Assembly (NCBI GenBank): GCA_016931695.1 | Contig: JAFGEI010000025.1 | Location: 7,266 to 71,265, forward strand | Direction: 5' to 3' | Origin: Anaerolineae bacterium | GTDB lineage: Bacteria > Chloroflexota > Anaerolineae > B4-G1 > DUEL01 | Length of the DNA: 64,000 nt | Part shown: piece by piece, positions 1 to 8,403 of the stretch | Layout of the letters: each line of letters starts with the position of its first letter | How positions within the stretch are numbered: position 1 is the first letter of the stretch | The notes under the pieces: generated by a model | Told to the model about the DNA's origin: nothing | Database searches by the model: none | The model's input: the letters and a program-made list of their open reading frames with translations, nothing else | Position numbers and translations under genes: made by a program

Positions 1-490
1 CGGACAGGGTTGCAGTGTCGACGGGCTTGAACTCTCCCCGCGCAATGCCCTCGTCAATGATCTGGGCCATAGAGTGCTGGATGGTCTGGAAAAGATCGCG
101 GAAGCTGATCGCGGCCCTGGGGTTGTGCAGGGCAAAGGCGCAGTATTCGACGAAAACGGGCAGCAGTTCCCGGTCGCTGCCGAGAAAGGCGTGGCCCACC
201 TGGCCCATCAGGCGCAGCTTGTCGGCCGCGCTGATAGACGCCGCGGGCAGTTCCTGGACGGTCCCCTCCAGCTGCTCCGCCCAGTTGGAGAAGAGGGACA
301 TGAAGAGGTCGTCTTTGCCGGAAAAGTAGTGGTAGAGGGTGCCCTGGCTCACCTCGGCGGCCTGGGCAATGTCGGACATCTTGGTATCGTGGAATCCCTG
401 TTGGGCAAAGACCTGTCGCGCTGCGGACAGGATCTGCGCCCGGCGCTGGCGGCGGATCTGTTGGTACTGCGCTCTGGTTCGGGGTGACAT
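1..490 (-). CDS. TetR/AcrR-family transcriptional regulator (5' part in window; stop lies beyond position 1)
   Basis: Reverse translation from ATG at 490 gives MSPRTRAQYQQIRRQRRAQILSAARQVFAQQGFHDTKMSDIAQAAEVSQGTLYHYFSGKDDLF..., a typical TetR N-terminal HTH. It is not in the ORF track because it runs off the window edge. RBS AGAGGTGG lies upstream on the minus strand. Confidence 0.8.
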   Translation of the reverse strand, partial: MSPRTRAQYQQIRRQRRAQILSAARQVFAQQGFHDTKMSDIAQAAEVSQGTLYHYFSGKDDLFMSLFSNWAEQLEGTVQELPAASISAADKLRLMGQVGHAFLGSDRELLPVFVEYCAFALHNPRAAISFRDLFQTIQHSMAQIIDEGIARGEFKPVDTATLS

Positions 491-501
491 GTCCACCTCT
501 T

Positions 502-521
502 TTGATTGACTGGTCAATCAA
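502..521. promoter_or_regulatory. Inverted repeat TTGATTGAC-TG-GTCAATCAA; candidate TetR operator overlapping the tetR promoter/TSS
   Basis: Perfect 9-bp arms with a 2-bp spacer. It is an AT-rich island in a GC-rich genome, between the minus-strand -10 (522-527) and the tetR ATG (490). Confidence 0.6.
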
Positions 522-550
522 AGTATATCACGGAAAGAAAAATCTGGCAA
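522..550 (-). promoter_or_regulatory. Sigma70-like promoter for tetR (minus strand): -35 TTGCCA (545-550), 17-bp spacer, -10 TATACT (522-527)
   Basis: Reverse complement reads ttgccaGATTTTTCTTTCCGTGAtatact. Spacing and consensus are good. Confidence 0.5.
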
Positions 551-563
551 CAGGTTACCCCGC

Positions 564-1685
564 TCATTCCAATTGCTTGCGGAAACGGGCCGCGGCAATG
601 ACCATGATGCTTACCCCAAAGACCGCCAGCGCCGCGACCTGCCCGGCGAGCACTTCCATCCCCACTCCCTTGAGGATAATCCCCCGCACGATGACCAGCA
701 TGTAGCGCAGGGGAATCAGGTAGCTGACCAGCTGCAAGAACGTCGGCATGGCCTCGATGGGAAAGAAAAAACCGCCCAAAAAGATCGCCGGCAGCATGGT
801 CATAAAAACGAGCAGCATCGCCTCTTGCTGCGTGTTGGAAATGCTGGAGAAAAAGATGCCGATGCCCAGCGAGGTCATCAAAAAGAGCCCCGAGATGAGC
901 AGCAGCAGTGTTACGCTGCCGTGGATCGGCACCTGGAACCAAAAGACGCCGATCGCCAGCACTTCGAGGACGTTGAAAAAGGCGACCAGGACGTAGGGCG
1001 CGACTTTGCCGACGATCAACTCGAGCGGCTGGATCGGCGTCACCATGAGTTGTTCGATCGTCCCGCGCTCCCGCTCGCGGACGATGGCCATGGCGGTCAG
1101 CAGGATGGTGATGGTAAAGAGCACCATGGCGATCAGGCCTGGAATCATAAAGTTGGCGCTCTTCATGTCCGGGTTGTACCAGATGCGGGGGTGAACCTCC
1201 AGCGCGGTCATCTCCTCCAGGGAGATACCCAAGCGGTCCTCGACCAGGGCCATGCTCTGGGCCTGTCCCACTTGCTGCGAGGCGGCAAAGACGGCGTTGG
1301 CGACGTTGGGATCAGAGCCGTCGATGACAAAGGCGACGCGGGCGGTTCTTCCCGCAGCAATGTCGGCGCCATAACCGGCCGGGATGATCAGGCCGGCGCG
1401 GACCGTCCCCCGGTCGACCAGGCGGCCCAGGTCGGCCTCGTTGGCGATGTAGGTTGTGATGTCAAAATAGCTGGAAGCCTGGTAGGCGGCGATCAGCTCG
1501 CGGCTTTGAGGGCTGCGATCGGCGTCCAGCACGGCGGTGCGCAGGTGTTCGATGTCGGTGGTGGCGGCGTAGCCGAGCAGGAACAACTGGATGACGGGAA
1601 TGAGGACAATGACCGCCAGCGTGCGCCGGTCGCGCACAATGTGGAGCAGTTCCTTGTGGGCAATGGTGAGGGTCCGTTCGATCAT
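564..1685 (-). CDS. ABC-2 type transporter permease (YadH/YhhJ-like)
   Basis: ORF 564..1925 minus. The start is chosen at internal MIERTLTIAHKELLHIVRDRRT, the typical ABC-2 permease N-terminus with a GGAGGTGG RBS. Six TM helices are predicted from hydrophobic blocks. No ATPase partner gene is adjacent. Confidence 0.85.
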   Translation of the reverse strand: MIERTLTIAHKELLHIVRDRRTLAVIVLIPVIQLFLLGYAATTDIEHLRTAVLDADRSPQSRELIAAYQASSYFDITTYIANEADLGRLVDRGTVRAGLIIPAGYGADIAAGRTARVAFVIDGSDPNVANAVFAASQQVGQAQSMALVEDRLGISLEEMTALEVHPRIWYNPDMKSANFMIPGLIAMVLFTITILLTAMAIVRERERGTIEQLMVTPIQPLELIVGKVAPYVLVAFFNVLEVLAIGVFWFQVPIHGSVTLLLLISGLFLMTSLGIGIFFSSISNTQQEAMLLVFMTMLPAIFLGGFFFPIEAMPTFLQLVSYLIPLRYMLVIVRGIILKGVGMEVLAGQVAALAVFGVSIMVIAAARFRKQLE

Positions 1686-1856
1686 TTCCCCACCTCCTTC
1701 GGTTGTGCCGCGATCAGGCCGCTTTGCGGTCCCATTCGCGTTGCCGCTGGCGGCGTTTGCGCGGCGCTCGTTCGTTTCGCCGGGTGCGGTGGGAACGCTG
1801 TCGTTCCTGCCGCGCGCCCCAGCGCCAGCGACGGTTGGCAGATACTCCCCGGTAAG

Positions 1857-1874
1857 ATACCGACCGGTCGGTAT
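1857..1874. promoter_or_regulatory. Perfect 18-bp palindrome ATACCGACCGGTCGGTAT; candidate operator
   Basis: Exact self-reverse-complement. It lies immediately downstream of a minus-strand TGtTATAAT box (1876-1884) upstream of the permease gene. This is a TetR-type operator geometry. Confidence 0.55.
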
Positions 1875-1875
1875 G

Positions 1876-1884
1876 ATTATAACA
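1876..1884 (-). promoter_or_regulatory. Extended -10 (TGtTATAAT) for the permease transcription unit
   Basis: Reverse complement of 1876-1884 reads TGTTATAAT. The palindrome sits at the predicted TSS. Confidence 0.4.
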
Positions 1885-1963
1885 CATTTGCCGCTGCCTG
1901 TCAATGGATCTTGCGGCGGGTGCATTTGCCGTTGCCGCCAAAGACAGATGCCCCCTGTTGCGG

Positions 1964-1991
1964 TTGCCTTTGTCGCGATTTTGACTATAGT
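1964..1991 (+). promoter_or_regulatory. Putative promoter: -35 TTGCCT (1964-1969), 16-bp spacer, -10 TATAGT (1986-1991)
   Basis: Consensus-like hexamers with a 16-bp spacer upstream of the 2033 gene. Confidence 0.35.
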
Positions 1992-2032
1992 ATCCAGTTG
2001 TAACGACCTGGTTGTTCCAGGGTGGGAGAAAG

Positions 2033-2992
2033 ATGGATTATCGCTACATTTTCCGGCGTGCCCTGCGCATCACGCGCCATCACAAGCGGTTGTTGCTGTT
2101 CGCGTTTCTCGCTGCCTTGATGCTGCCGGGCAGGATGGGCCTCAGCTGGCGCGACCTGCCCCCCGACGTGCAGAACCGCCTGGTGGATGTTGTCTATAGC
2201 GATGCCTTTATTCCTCTTGTCGTCCTGGCGGCCCTCCTGGCCCTTGCTGTTAGCCTGACCCTGGCAGTCTTGAGAGCGCTGGGCCGCGCCGCGTTGGTGC
2301 AGCAGGCCAATCGGGTGGAGAATGGCGGCGCACTTGACCTGGCGGCTGGATGGAAGTATGGGAAGGAGCAGGCGGGGCGGGTTTTTGTGGTCCGTTTCTT
2401 GCTTGCCCTGCCCGCCCTGCTTGTCTTTTCCCTGGGATTCACACCGTATATCCTCAGCGCCTACGTCTTTTACCTGCCCGCCGGCTCAGGTGAGGGCCTG
2501 GGGCGGATGCTGGAGAGCCTGGGTTTTTTCCTGGCCTGTTCCCTGCCGGCCGTCGGCCTGGCCCTGGTTTGGTTGATTCCTGCTCGCCTGCTGCAGCGGC
2601 TGGCGGTGCGGGCCTGCCTGCTGGAGAAACGCCCTCCCCGCGCCGGCATCGCCCGGGGTTGGGGCCTGGTGAAGGAAAATGCCGGCCGGATCGCTGTGTT
2701 GTGGGCGGCCCTGGCTTTGATTGACGTTGGCCTGTTCTTGTTCTTCCGGCTGCCCATCGCTGCGGCGACGGCGGCATTGTTCCTGCCGCTGCTGATTTTG
2801 ATTCACTCCTCACCCGTCGTCGGCTGGGTCGGTATCGCCGCCGTCATCTCCCTGTTCTGGCTGCTGGGGATGACCGTCGAGGGCCTGCGCGAAGTTCTCT
2901 TTTCCGTTTCCTGGACCCTGGGGTATCGGGAACTGACCGGGCTGGGCAGAACGGGGGAGGAGGAGTGGCTGGCGGAGAGCGCTCTTTTGTAA
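2033..2992 (+). CDS. Hypothetical polytopic membrane protein
   Basis: ORF 2012..2992. ATG at 2033 is preferred because it follows RBS GGGAGAAAG. The protein has multiple hydrophobic helices and no recognisable motif. Confidence 0.6.
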   Translation: MDYRYIFRRALRITRHHKRLLLFAFLAALMLPGRMGLSWRDLPPDVQNRLVDVVYSDAFIPLVVLAALLALAVSLTLAVLRALGRAALVQQANRVENGGALDLAAGWKYGKEQAGRVFVVRFLLALPALLVFSLGFTPYILSAYVFYLPAGSGEGLGRMLESLGFFLACSLPAVGLALVWLIPARLLQRLAVRACLLEKRPPRAGIARGWGLVKENAGRIAVLWAALALIDVGLFLFFRLPIAAATAALFLPLLILIHSSPVVGWVGIAAVISLFWLLGMTVEGLREVLFSVSWTLGYRELTGLGRTGEEEWLAESALL

Positions 2993-3055
2993 AACGGCAA
3001 AAATCCGCTGCGAATTCTCACCAATAAAGGATAAAAATTCCCACAAGAATTCGAC

Positions 3056-3084
3056 TTGACATGTAATGCCCATCAGCATATTAT
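3056..3084 (+). promoter_or_regulatory. Putative promoter: -35 TTGACA (3056-3061), 17-bp spacer, -10 TATTAT (3079-3084) in an AT-rich patch
   Basis: Perfect -35 and a good -10, about 130 nt upstream of the 3217 ATG. Confidence 0.4.
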
Positions 3085-3216
3085 TGTGGGGTGTGCGTCC
3101 AGCCATCCGCCCCGCGCTGCTCTCCCCCTACAAGGGGTAGGCTAGGGGGCGGCGTGGGCGGCAGCCCTGCGCCTTGGTAGTTGCCCGAGGCGAGGTCCCA
3201 TGGGGAGAAAAAGTTG

Positions 3217-5562
3217 ATGCGGGTTCACACCGAGACGCTGCAGCGAGTAGACGGGCAACGGCAGCCGGGCATATCCCCGGGTATTGCCGTGTTGACCCCT
3301 CCGCTGCGGCCGGCCAGGGGAAGAGATCAAGACCAGGTCTTTGTCATGCTCCTGGACGTGGAAGCGGCCGTGCCTTCCCGCCTTTGCCGCCAGGTTCGCG
3401 AGGCGGCGGCCCAGTCTTTTTGGAACACCCCGGGTGGAGTGACGGCAGCACTGCGGCGGGCTGTGGCTGCCGCCAATCAGGTGCTTTTGTCCTACAACCT
3501 GCATCACGCCGACGCCCCGCCCTTCCACGGCGCCTTTTCTTGTGGCGCGTTGCGTGCGGACGAGTTTTTCCTTGCCCAGGCTGGCCCTGCTCAGGCTTTT
3601 GCTGTCACCGGGGGGAGGCTGCAGAAATTTCCCCATCAGCTCCTCCCCGCTCTGGGATCTGATACCTACGTCGAGAGCTGTGTGGCCTATTTGCCGGTGC
3701 AGGCGGGGGATTTGTTGCTCCTCGCTTCGCACGAGCTGTCTCGGGCGGCCTCCGACGACGCCCTGCAGCGGGCGCTCTCCCTGGCCGACCCGGACGCGCT
3801 GCGGAACGGCCTGGAGCAGGTTGCTGAGGAACAGGACTTTTTTGCCGTGCTCGCCCAGTGGCTGGCGGACGAGGCGCCTGGCGCGCCCTCGCCCTCGGCT
3901 CGACGGCGCCGGATATCGCTTGCCCCGCCCTTGCCCCTCTCCGCTCTCAAGCGGGTTTTCTTACCCCAGGCCGCGCTGCCGCCGGAGGTGGAAGAGATTG
4001 CCCGTCCCGCCGATTATGCGGCCGGCCAGACCTCCGATGCCCTGGGCGGGGCGGAGCCAGAAGCGGACGATTTGACCGCGCAGTATGGGGTGCCTGCTCC
4101 CACCGCCCTGCGGTGGGAACCCGAACCAAACGGGGGGGAAGCGGAATCTGTTGCCCCACCCATACTGCCGGTGATCCGGCGGGAAGCCCCGGCGGATGCG
4201 ATGGCAGCGCGGGCGCCGCGCACCTCCTTGGTCGAACGCCTGCGCATTGCGCAGCGGCTGCGCCGGGCGGGCGGCTGGCTGTTGGGCCTGTCGATGGAGG
4301 TGCGCGGCGGCCTGCAAACTCTGTTCCGGCGCGCGCTGCCCGGCCGGGCCCCGCGCGCTCAGCCCCGCACGACACAAGAGCGCCAACCCCCACCGGAAAA
4401 TAAAAAGCTGATGATCGGCATCGCCATCGCCATTCTGGTCATTACCATATTGGTTACCTTGTGGACGTGGTTCAACTATGGCAGCCGGGTCCGCGAGCAG
4501 CAGGTTTTGTCCGAGGCGTCCCAGTACGCGGCCCAGGCGCGGGAATCCACCGATCCGCTGCAGCAGCGCGCTCATTGGGAAGCCGTCCTGGCGGTTCTCG
4601 CCGCGGTGGAAGGCAATCCCCAGGCGGCTCAACTGGCGGCAGAGGCGCAAGATGCCCTCGACCGCCTGGACCACGTCATTCGCGTCGATCCCGTCCTGCT
4701 CTGGGCTCCTGACGCGGCGCTGTCCGCACGACGGCTGGTTGCCCGAGGCTCCAGCCTCTTTTTTCTCGACGTTGAGAACCAGGCTGTGGCGCAACTGGCG
4801 CTGGCTGCAGGCGGGGTGGGGGGGAGCAGCCAGGTCGCTACGATTCTGGCCATGGGCGAGGAGCGGGACGATCAACAGGTGGCCGCACTGGTCGACATGG
4901 CCTGGAATCCCCCCGGGGGAGAATGGGCGTTTGATCGGCTGGTCGTCCTCGATGCGGACAGTCAATTGTGGGCCTATGATCCGGCCTGGCCGGATGCGAC
5001 CTGCCGGCTCCCCCTTGGCAGCAACCCGGAAGCAGGAGTGCCGGTCGCCTTGTCGACTTTTGGTGGCCGGCTGTTTTTGCTCGACCCGATGGCCGATCAA
5101 ATCTGGCGCTATTGGCCGCATGGTGGAGGGTATGCCGAGCCGCCAGATTCTTACTTTGCCGATGATGGCCCGCCACAGCCGCTCCAGTTTGCCCTCGATC
5201 TCGCCATCGACGGCAATGTCTACGTGTTGTTGGCCGACGGTCAGATCGCCAAGTATTTCGATGGTGAACCGATGCCCTTTGCGGTGACGGACGTGCCCCC
5301 GCCGCAGCCCGCTTTTGTTGCCGTCGCCGTTGCCCCCGACCGGGTCGATGGCCTGCTTTACTTGGCCGATGCAGTCGACGCGCGCATTGTCATCCTCGAC
5401 CACACTGGAGATTTCCAGGCCCAACTGCGGGCCAGCGCGGACGTGCTCCAGGGAGTACAATCGCTGGCACTGGACGATATGGGCAGCCGGATTTTCTTCC
5501 TGACCCAGAACGGCGTATACACCGCGCCGCTGCCAGCTTTATCCCCTGTCCCCTCGGGCTGA
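3217..5562 (+). CDS. Bitopic membrane protein: N-terminal degenerate PP2C-like domain, one TM helix, C-terminal extracytoplasmic beta-propeller-like domain
   Basis: ORF 3181..5562. ATG 3217 follows a GGGGAG RBS. The N-terminal region aligns by eye to PP2C motifs (GDSRAYL -> GPAQAFAV; LLLCSDGL -> LLLASHEL), but the metal-binding Asp and Gly residues are replaced. The TM helix is LMIGIAIAILVITILVTLWTWF. The C-terminal 370 aa are rich in W/D/G repeats. Confidence 0.7.
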   Translation: MRVHTETLQRVDGQRQPGISPGIAVLTPPLRPARGRDQDQVFVMLLDVEAAVPSRLCRQVREAAAQSFWNTPGGVTAALRRAVAAANQVLLSYNLHHADAPPFHGAFSCGALRADEFFLAQAGPAQAFAVTGGRLQKFPHQLLPALGSDTYVESCVAYLPVQAGDLLLLASHELSRAASDDALQRALSLADPDALRNGLEQVAEEQDFFAVLAQWLADEAPGAPSPSARRRRISLAPPLPLSALKRVFLPQAALPPEVEEIARPADYAAGQTSDALGGAEPEADDLTAQYGVPAPTALRWEPEPNGGEAESVAPPILPVIRREAPADAMAARAPRTSLVERLRIAQRLRRAGGWLLGLSMEVRGGLQTLFRRALPGRAPRAQPRTTQERQPPPENKKLMIGIAIAILVITILVTLWTWFNYGSRVREQQVLSEASQYAAQARESTDPLQQRAHWEAVLAVLAAVEGNPQAAQLAAEAQDALDRLDHVIRVDPVLLWAPDAALSARRLVARGSSLFFLDVENQAVAQLALAAGGVGGSSQVATILAMGEERDDQQVAALVDMAWNPPGGEWAFDRLVVLDADSQLWAYDPAWPDATCRLPLGSNPEAGVPVALSTFGGRLFLLDPMADQIWRYWPHGGGYAEPPDSYFADDGPPQPLQFALDLAIDGNVYVLLADGQIAKYFDGEPMPFAVTDVPPPQPAFVAVAVAPDRVDGLLYLADAVDARIVILDHTGDFQAQLRASADVLQGVQSLALDDMGSRIFFLTQNGVYTAPLPALSPVPSG

Positions 5563-5590
5563 GGCAGAGAGGGGTATAAGAAGGACGCTG

Positions 5591-6112
5591 ATGGTTGAAC
5601 AACGGATCGTCTCACATGCGACAATTGACTCTCCCATTGGGCAACTGTGGCTTGCTGCGACCCCGAAGGGCTTGTGCTGCGTTGGCCTGCCTGGCCAGGG
5701 GCGGGAAGAACTGGCCGCCTGGGTCGGACGGCGCCTGCGCCCGGCAAAAATTGTCCAGGACGCTGCGGCGCTCGATGCTGCCGCGGCCCAGTTGATCGAG
5801 TACCTGAACCAGGATCGCCAGGTTTTCGACCTGCCCCTGGACGTGTACGGTACGCTTTTCCAGCAGCAGGTCTGGGCCCAGGTGGCGCTGATCCCCTATG
5901 GCGTGACGGCGACGTATGGCGAGGTTGCTCGCCGCTTGGGGCGGTCGCTCGGGGCCGCCCGTGCCGTGGGGGCAGCAGTTGGCGCCAACCCGCTGCCGCT
6001 CGTCATTCCTTGCCATCGCGTCGTCGGCGCCGGCGGCGCACTGACCGGCTATGGCGGTGGATTGGAGATCAAGGCCGCTCTCCTGCGGCGAGAAGGAGCA
6101 ATCGAAGGATGA
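5591..6112 (+). CDS. ogt: Methylated-DNA--protein-cysteine S-methyltransferase
   Basis: The PCHRVV active-site motif and the C-terminal wHTH pattern YGEVARRLGRSLGAARAVGAAVGANPLPLVIPCHRVV are present. Confidence 0.9.
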   Translation: MVEQRIVSHATIDSPIGQLWLAATPKGLCCVGLPGQGREELAAWVGRRLRPAKIVQDAAALDAAAAQLIEYLNQDRQVFDLPLDVYGTLFQQQVWAQVALIPYGVTATYGEVARRLGRSLGAARAVGAAVGANPLPLVIPCHRVVGAGGALTGYGGGLEIKAALLRREGAIEG

Positions 6113-6693
6113 AAAGCTTGAGAATGGTGCTGGCTTTGCTGGCGCTGTCGCTGGCAGCCCTGGCCTGTAACTATCCTACGCTTCAACCTTCCCCTCCGGT
6201 GACAGTGACTCCTTACGTGCCGGAGGTGGAGGGAACGTCCGCGCCGCCACCGTCGCCATCGCCTCTCCCTGAACCCACTCCCGTTGTGGAAGAGCCCGAG
6301 CTGACGACAGAGCCCGGTTCTCCCACTCCCGAGCCCAGCCCGACCGAGAACGGCACCCCATCAGTTACGCCGACCGTGCCTGTCAGCACCGGCCCGCTGA
6401 ATTTCGAGGCGCCGAACAACCCGATCGGCTGGGAGGACGTCGGGGGCGGGCAGTACGAGGTGAGCATCGCCATTCACGTCACCGGCGGTGCGCCGCCGTT
6501 TCGGATTTCGGACTCGCTCTTTGCGCCGGGGACAGTCTTTCACTCCCCCGGGCGGGATTACACGCTCGTTTTTGCCTGGAGCGGATGCGGCGGCGTGTCC
6601 CATACCATTACCGTCGAGTCGGCCGACGGGCAGACCTCCTCGCAAAGCCACTGGGTCTTTCCTCTCTGGTGCCCACCGACGCCGAACCCTTGA
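6109..6693 (+). CDS. Secreted/lipoprotein with Pro/Thr/Ser-rich linker and a Cys-containing C-terminal domain
   Basis: ATG 6109 overlaps the ogt stop (ATGA). The signal peptide MKSLRMVLALLALSLAALAC has a lipobox-like LAC. A long PTS-rich linker is followed by a roughly 110-aa globular domain. Confidence 0.7.
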   Translation: MKSLRMVLALLALSLAALACNYPTLQPSPPVTVTPYVPEVEGTSAPPPSPSPLPEPTPVVEEPELTTEPGSPTPEPSPTENGTPSVTPTVPVSTGPLNFEAPNNPIGWEDVGGGQYEVSIAIHVTGGAPPFRISDSLFAPGTVFHSPGRDYTLVFAWSGCGGVSHTITVESADGQTSSQSHWVFPLWCPPTPNP

Positions 6694-7010
6694 GCCATTT
6701 CAATGCCTTCTTTCTTGCCGGCCGCGGGGGGAACTCGAGGCGCGTACTGGCTCCCATAAAGCTGGTTCCCCAGGCGGGGAGCCTGGGGAACCATCAGCCA
6801 AGGAAAGGAGGAGAGGCGCGGTGCGGCTTTTGTATGCCACACCAACCTCGCTCTTATACTACCCGAAAATGGCCCGGGCACGTAGTGACAAACGACATTG
6901 GTTACATATGATGAATTGCAGTTACCTGGCCCCTCACTGCGCTCGCCCGGCCCGGAACACGGGCCAGGTTCCTGCCCCAAGTTTTGAGCGATACCACCTT
7001 TCCCCGGCAT

Positions 7011-7039
7011 TTGACACCTGACCTCACTTGTGTTATGAT
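7011..7039 (+). promoter_or_regulatory. Promoter for infC-rpmI-rplT: -35 TTGACA (7011-7016), 17-bp spacer, -10 TATGAT (7034-7039)
   Basis: Near-consensus hexamers. The leader to the infC start (7196) is about 150 nt. Confidence 0.5.
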
Positions 7040-7195
7040 TGCCCCGTGCATGTCCTCAAGAAACATGCCATTATTTTTTGACGTGTAACTGCTCGGGCCG
7101 CTTGCCGTAATGATGCGCGCCCAAAGCAGAGGAGCAACCTATGGGAGACGGGCTGGGCAGTTGCGTCAAATGTATCGAAAGCGAGGGAGACAGCC

Positions 7196-7744
7196 ATCAG
7201 AAGAAGACGCCCTAAAAAGTTTCGCAAGGACCTCAGAGCGGTCTATCGAGTCAACAGGCAGATTCAGGCCGCTGAGGTTCGGCTCATTGGTCCAGAGGGA
7301 GAACACGTTGGCATCGTTCCAATCCGCGAGGCATTGGAGCGGGCCTATGAGGCAAATCTGGACCTGGTAGAAGTGTCGCCCAATGCGGAACCACCGGTTG
7401 TTCGGGTGATGGACTTTAACAAGTTCATCTACGAGCAGTCAAAGAAGGAGCGAGAGGCCCGCCAGAGCCAAAAGCAAGTTGAGGTCAAAGAGATTCGCTT
7501 CCGCCCCAAGACCAACGAGCATCACCGCGAGATCAAGATTGAGCAGGCTCGCGGATGGTTGGACGAGGGGAACAAGGTCAAGGTGCGCATCCGTTTCCGC
7601 GGCCGAGAGATTACGTATCCCGAGCTGGCGCAGGAACAGTTGACCGAAGTGGCGGATGAGCTGGCGGATATCGCAGTGGTAGAGCAGCAGCCAAATATGG
7701 AAGGGCGAACCATGTTGATGATTCTTGCGCCCAAGAAAAAGTAG
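7196..7744 (+). CDS. infC: Translation initiation factor IF-3, predicted non-AUG (ATC) start
   Basis: The ORF track only gives the C-terminal part from an internal TTG (7334). The same frame is open upstream and reads IRRRRPKKFRKDLRAVYRVNRQIQAAEVRLIGPEGEHVGIVPIREALERAYEANLDLVEVSPNAEPPVVRVMDFNKF..., which is the IF-3 N-domain. No ATG/GTG/TTG is in frame upstream. ATC at 7196 sits 6 nt after RBS GAGGGAG (7183-7189). Confidence 0.85.
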   Translation: MRRRRPKKFRKDLRAVYRVNRQIQAAEVRLIGPEGEHVGIVPIREALERAYEANLDLVEVSPNAEPPVVRVMDFNKFIYEQSKKEREARQSQKQVEVKEIRFRPKTNEHHREIKIEQARGWLDEGNKVKVRIRFRGREITYPELAQEQLTEVADELADIAVVEQQPNMEGRTMLMILAPKKK

Positions 7745-7764
7745 GGCGACAGGGGAGATAGAAC

Positions 7765-7983
7765 GTGCCAAAGATCAAGACACATAAATCGACGTCCAAG
7801 CGCTTTCGCCGTTCGAGAGGGGGAAAGGGCAAGTTGATGCGCACCAAGCAGGGGAAATCCCACAACCGGCGCAAGAAGCAGACCAGCACCAAGCGGCTCT
7901 TTTCCGAGATGATCGTGGTCGATTCCACGGGCATCAAGCGCCGGGTGGAACGGCTGGCGCCATATTTGGACCAGAAGGGGTAA
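7765..7983 (+). CDS. rpmI: 50S ribosomal protein L35
   Basis: GTG start. [38 protein letters not shown] is the L35 signature. Confidence 0.9.
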   Translation: MPKIKTHKSTSKRFRRSRGGKGKLMRTKQGKSHNRRKKQTSTKRLFSEMIVVDSTGIKRRVERLAPYLDQKG

Positions 7984-7990
7984 TGGAACT

Positions 7991-8341
7991 GTGAGAGTAA
8001 AAGGCGGAAGCAGGACGCGGTATCGCCATAAAAAGATTCTCCGGCAAACCCGGGGCTACTATGGCTCTCGCCACAGCCTTTGGCGCCGGGCGAATGAAGC
8101 CTGGATGAAGGCTCACTGGTATGCCTACCGGGATCGGCGCAACCGACGTCGAGAACTACGGCGTTTGTGGATTGCCCGCATTAATGCGGCAGCGCGACAG
8201 AATGGGATTTCCTACAGCCGTTTCATCTACGGGCTGAAGGAAGCCGGCATTGAGCTGGATCGCAAGATACTGGCGGATATCGCCGTGCGCGACCCGGGAA
8301 CCTTTGCCCAAATTGCAGCAGCGGCAAAAGAAAGAATCTAG
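7991..8341 (+). CDS. rplT: 50S ribosomal protein L20
   Basis: GTG start. [25 protein letters not shown]...[36 protein letters not shown] is canonical L20. Confidence 0.92.
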   Translation: MRVKGGSRTRYRHKKILRQTRGYYGSRHSLWRRANEAWMKAHWYAYRDRRNRRRELRRLWIARINAAARQNGISYSRFIYGLKEAGIELDRKILADIAVRDPGTFAQIAAAAKERI

Positions 8342-8362
8342 GTCTCGGCTGGGCGGAACAAA

Positions 8363-8396
8363 AACGGAGGCGGCCGCCTCTGTTTTTGTTTTGTTT
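8363..8396 (+). terminator. Rho-independent terminator after rplT
   Basis: GC hairpin GGAGGCGGCCGCCTC followed by TGTTTTTGTTTTGTTT. Confidence 0.6.
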
Positions 8397-8403
8397 CCCG
8401 CAC

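Noticed and set aside
1675-1690. Apparent 1-nt disagreement between my position counting of the printed sequence near 1681 and the frames given in the ORF track
   Set aside because: Treated as my own counting error. All coordinates are derived from the ORF-track frames plus amino-acid offsets and may be off by a nucleotide or two for regulatory motifs.
573-2003. 476-aa plus-strand ORF antisense to the ABC-2 permease
   Set aside because: Typical high-GC antisense shadow ORF (Arg/Gly/Asp/His-rich, no motifs). The opposite-strand permease has clear homology.
3961-5460. 499-aa minus-strand ORF inside the 3217-5562 gene
   Set aside because: Shadow ORF. It is low-complexity Arg/Gly/Pro-rich and the plus-strand frame has coherent domain structure.
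7033-7370. Small ORFs 7033-7227 (minus) and 7110-7370 (plus) in the infC leader
   Set aside because: They overlap the infC promoter or leader and the true infC frame. There is no RBS or homology.
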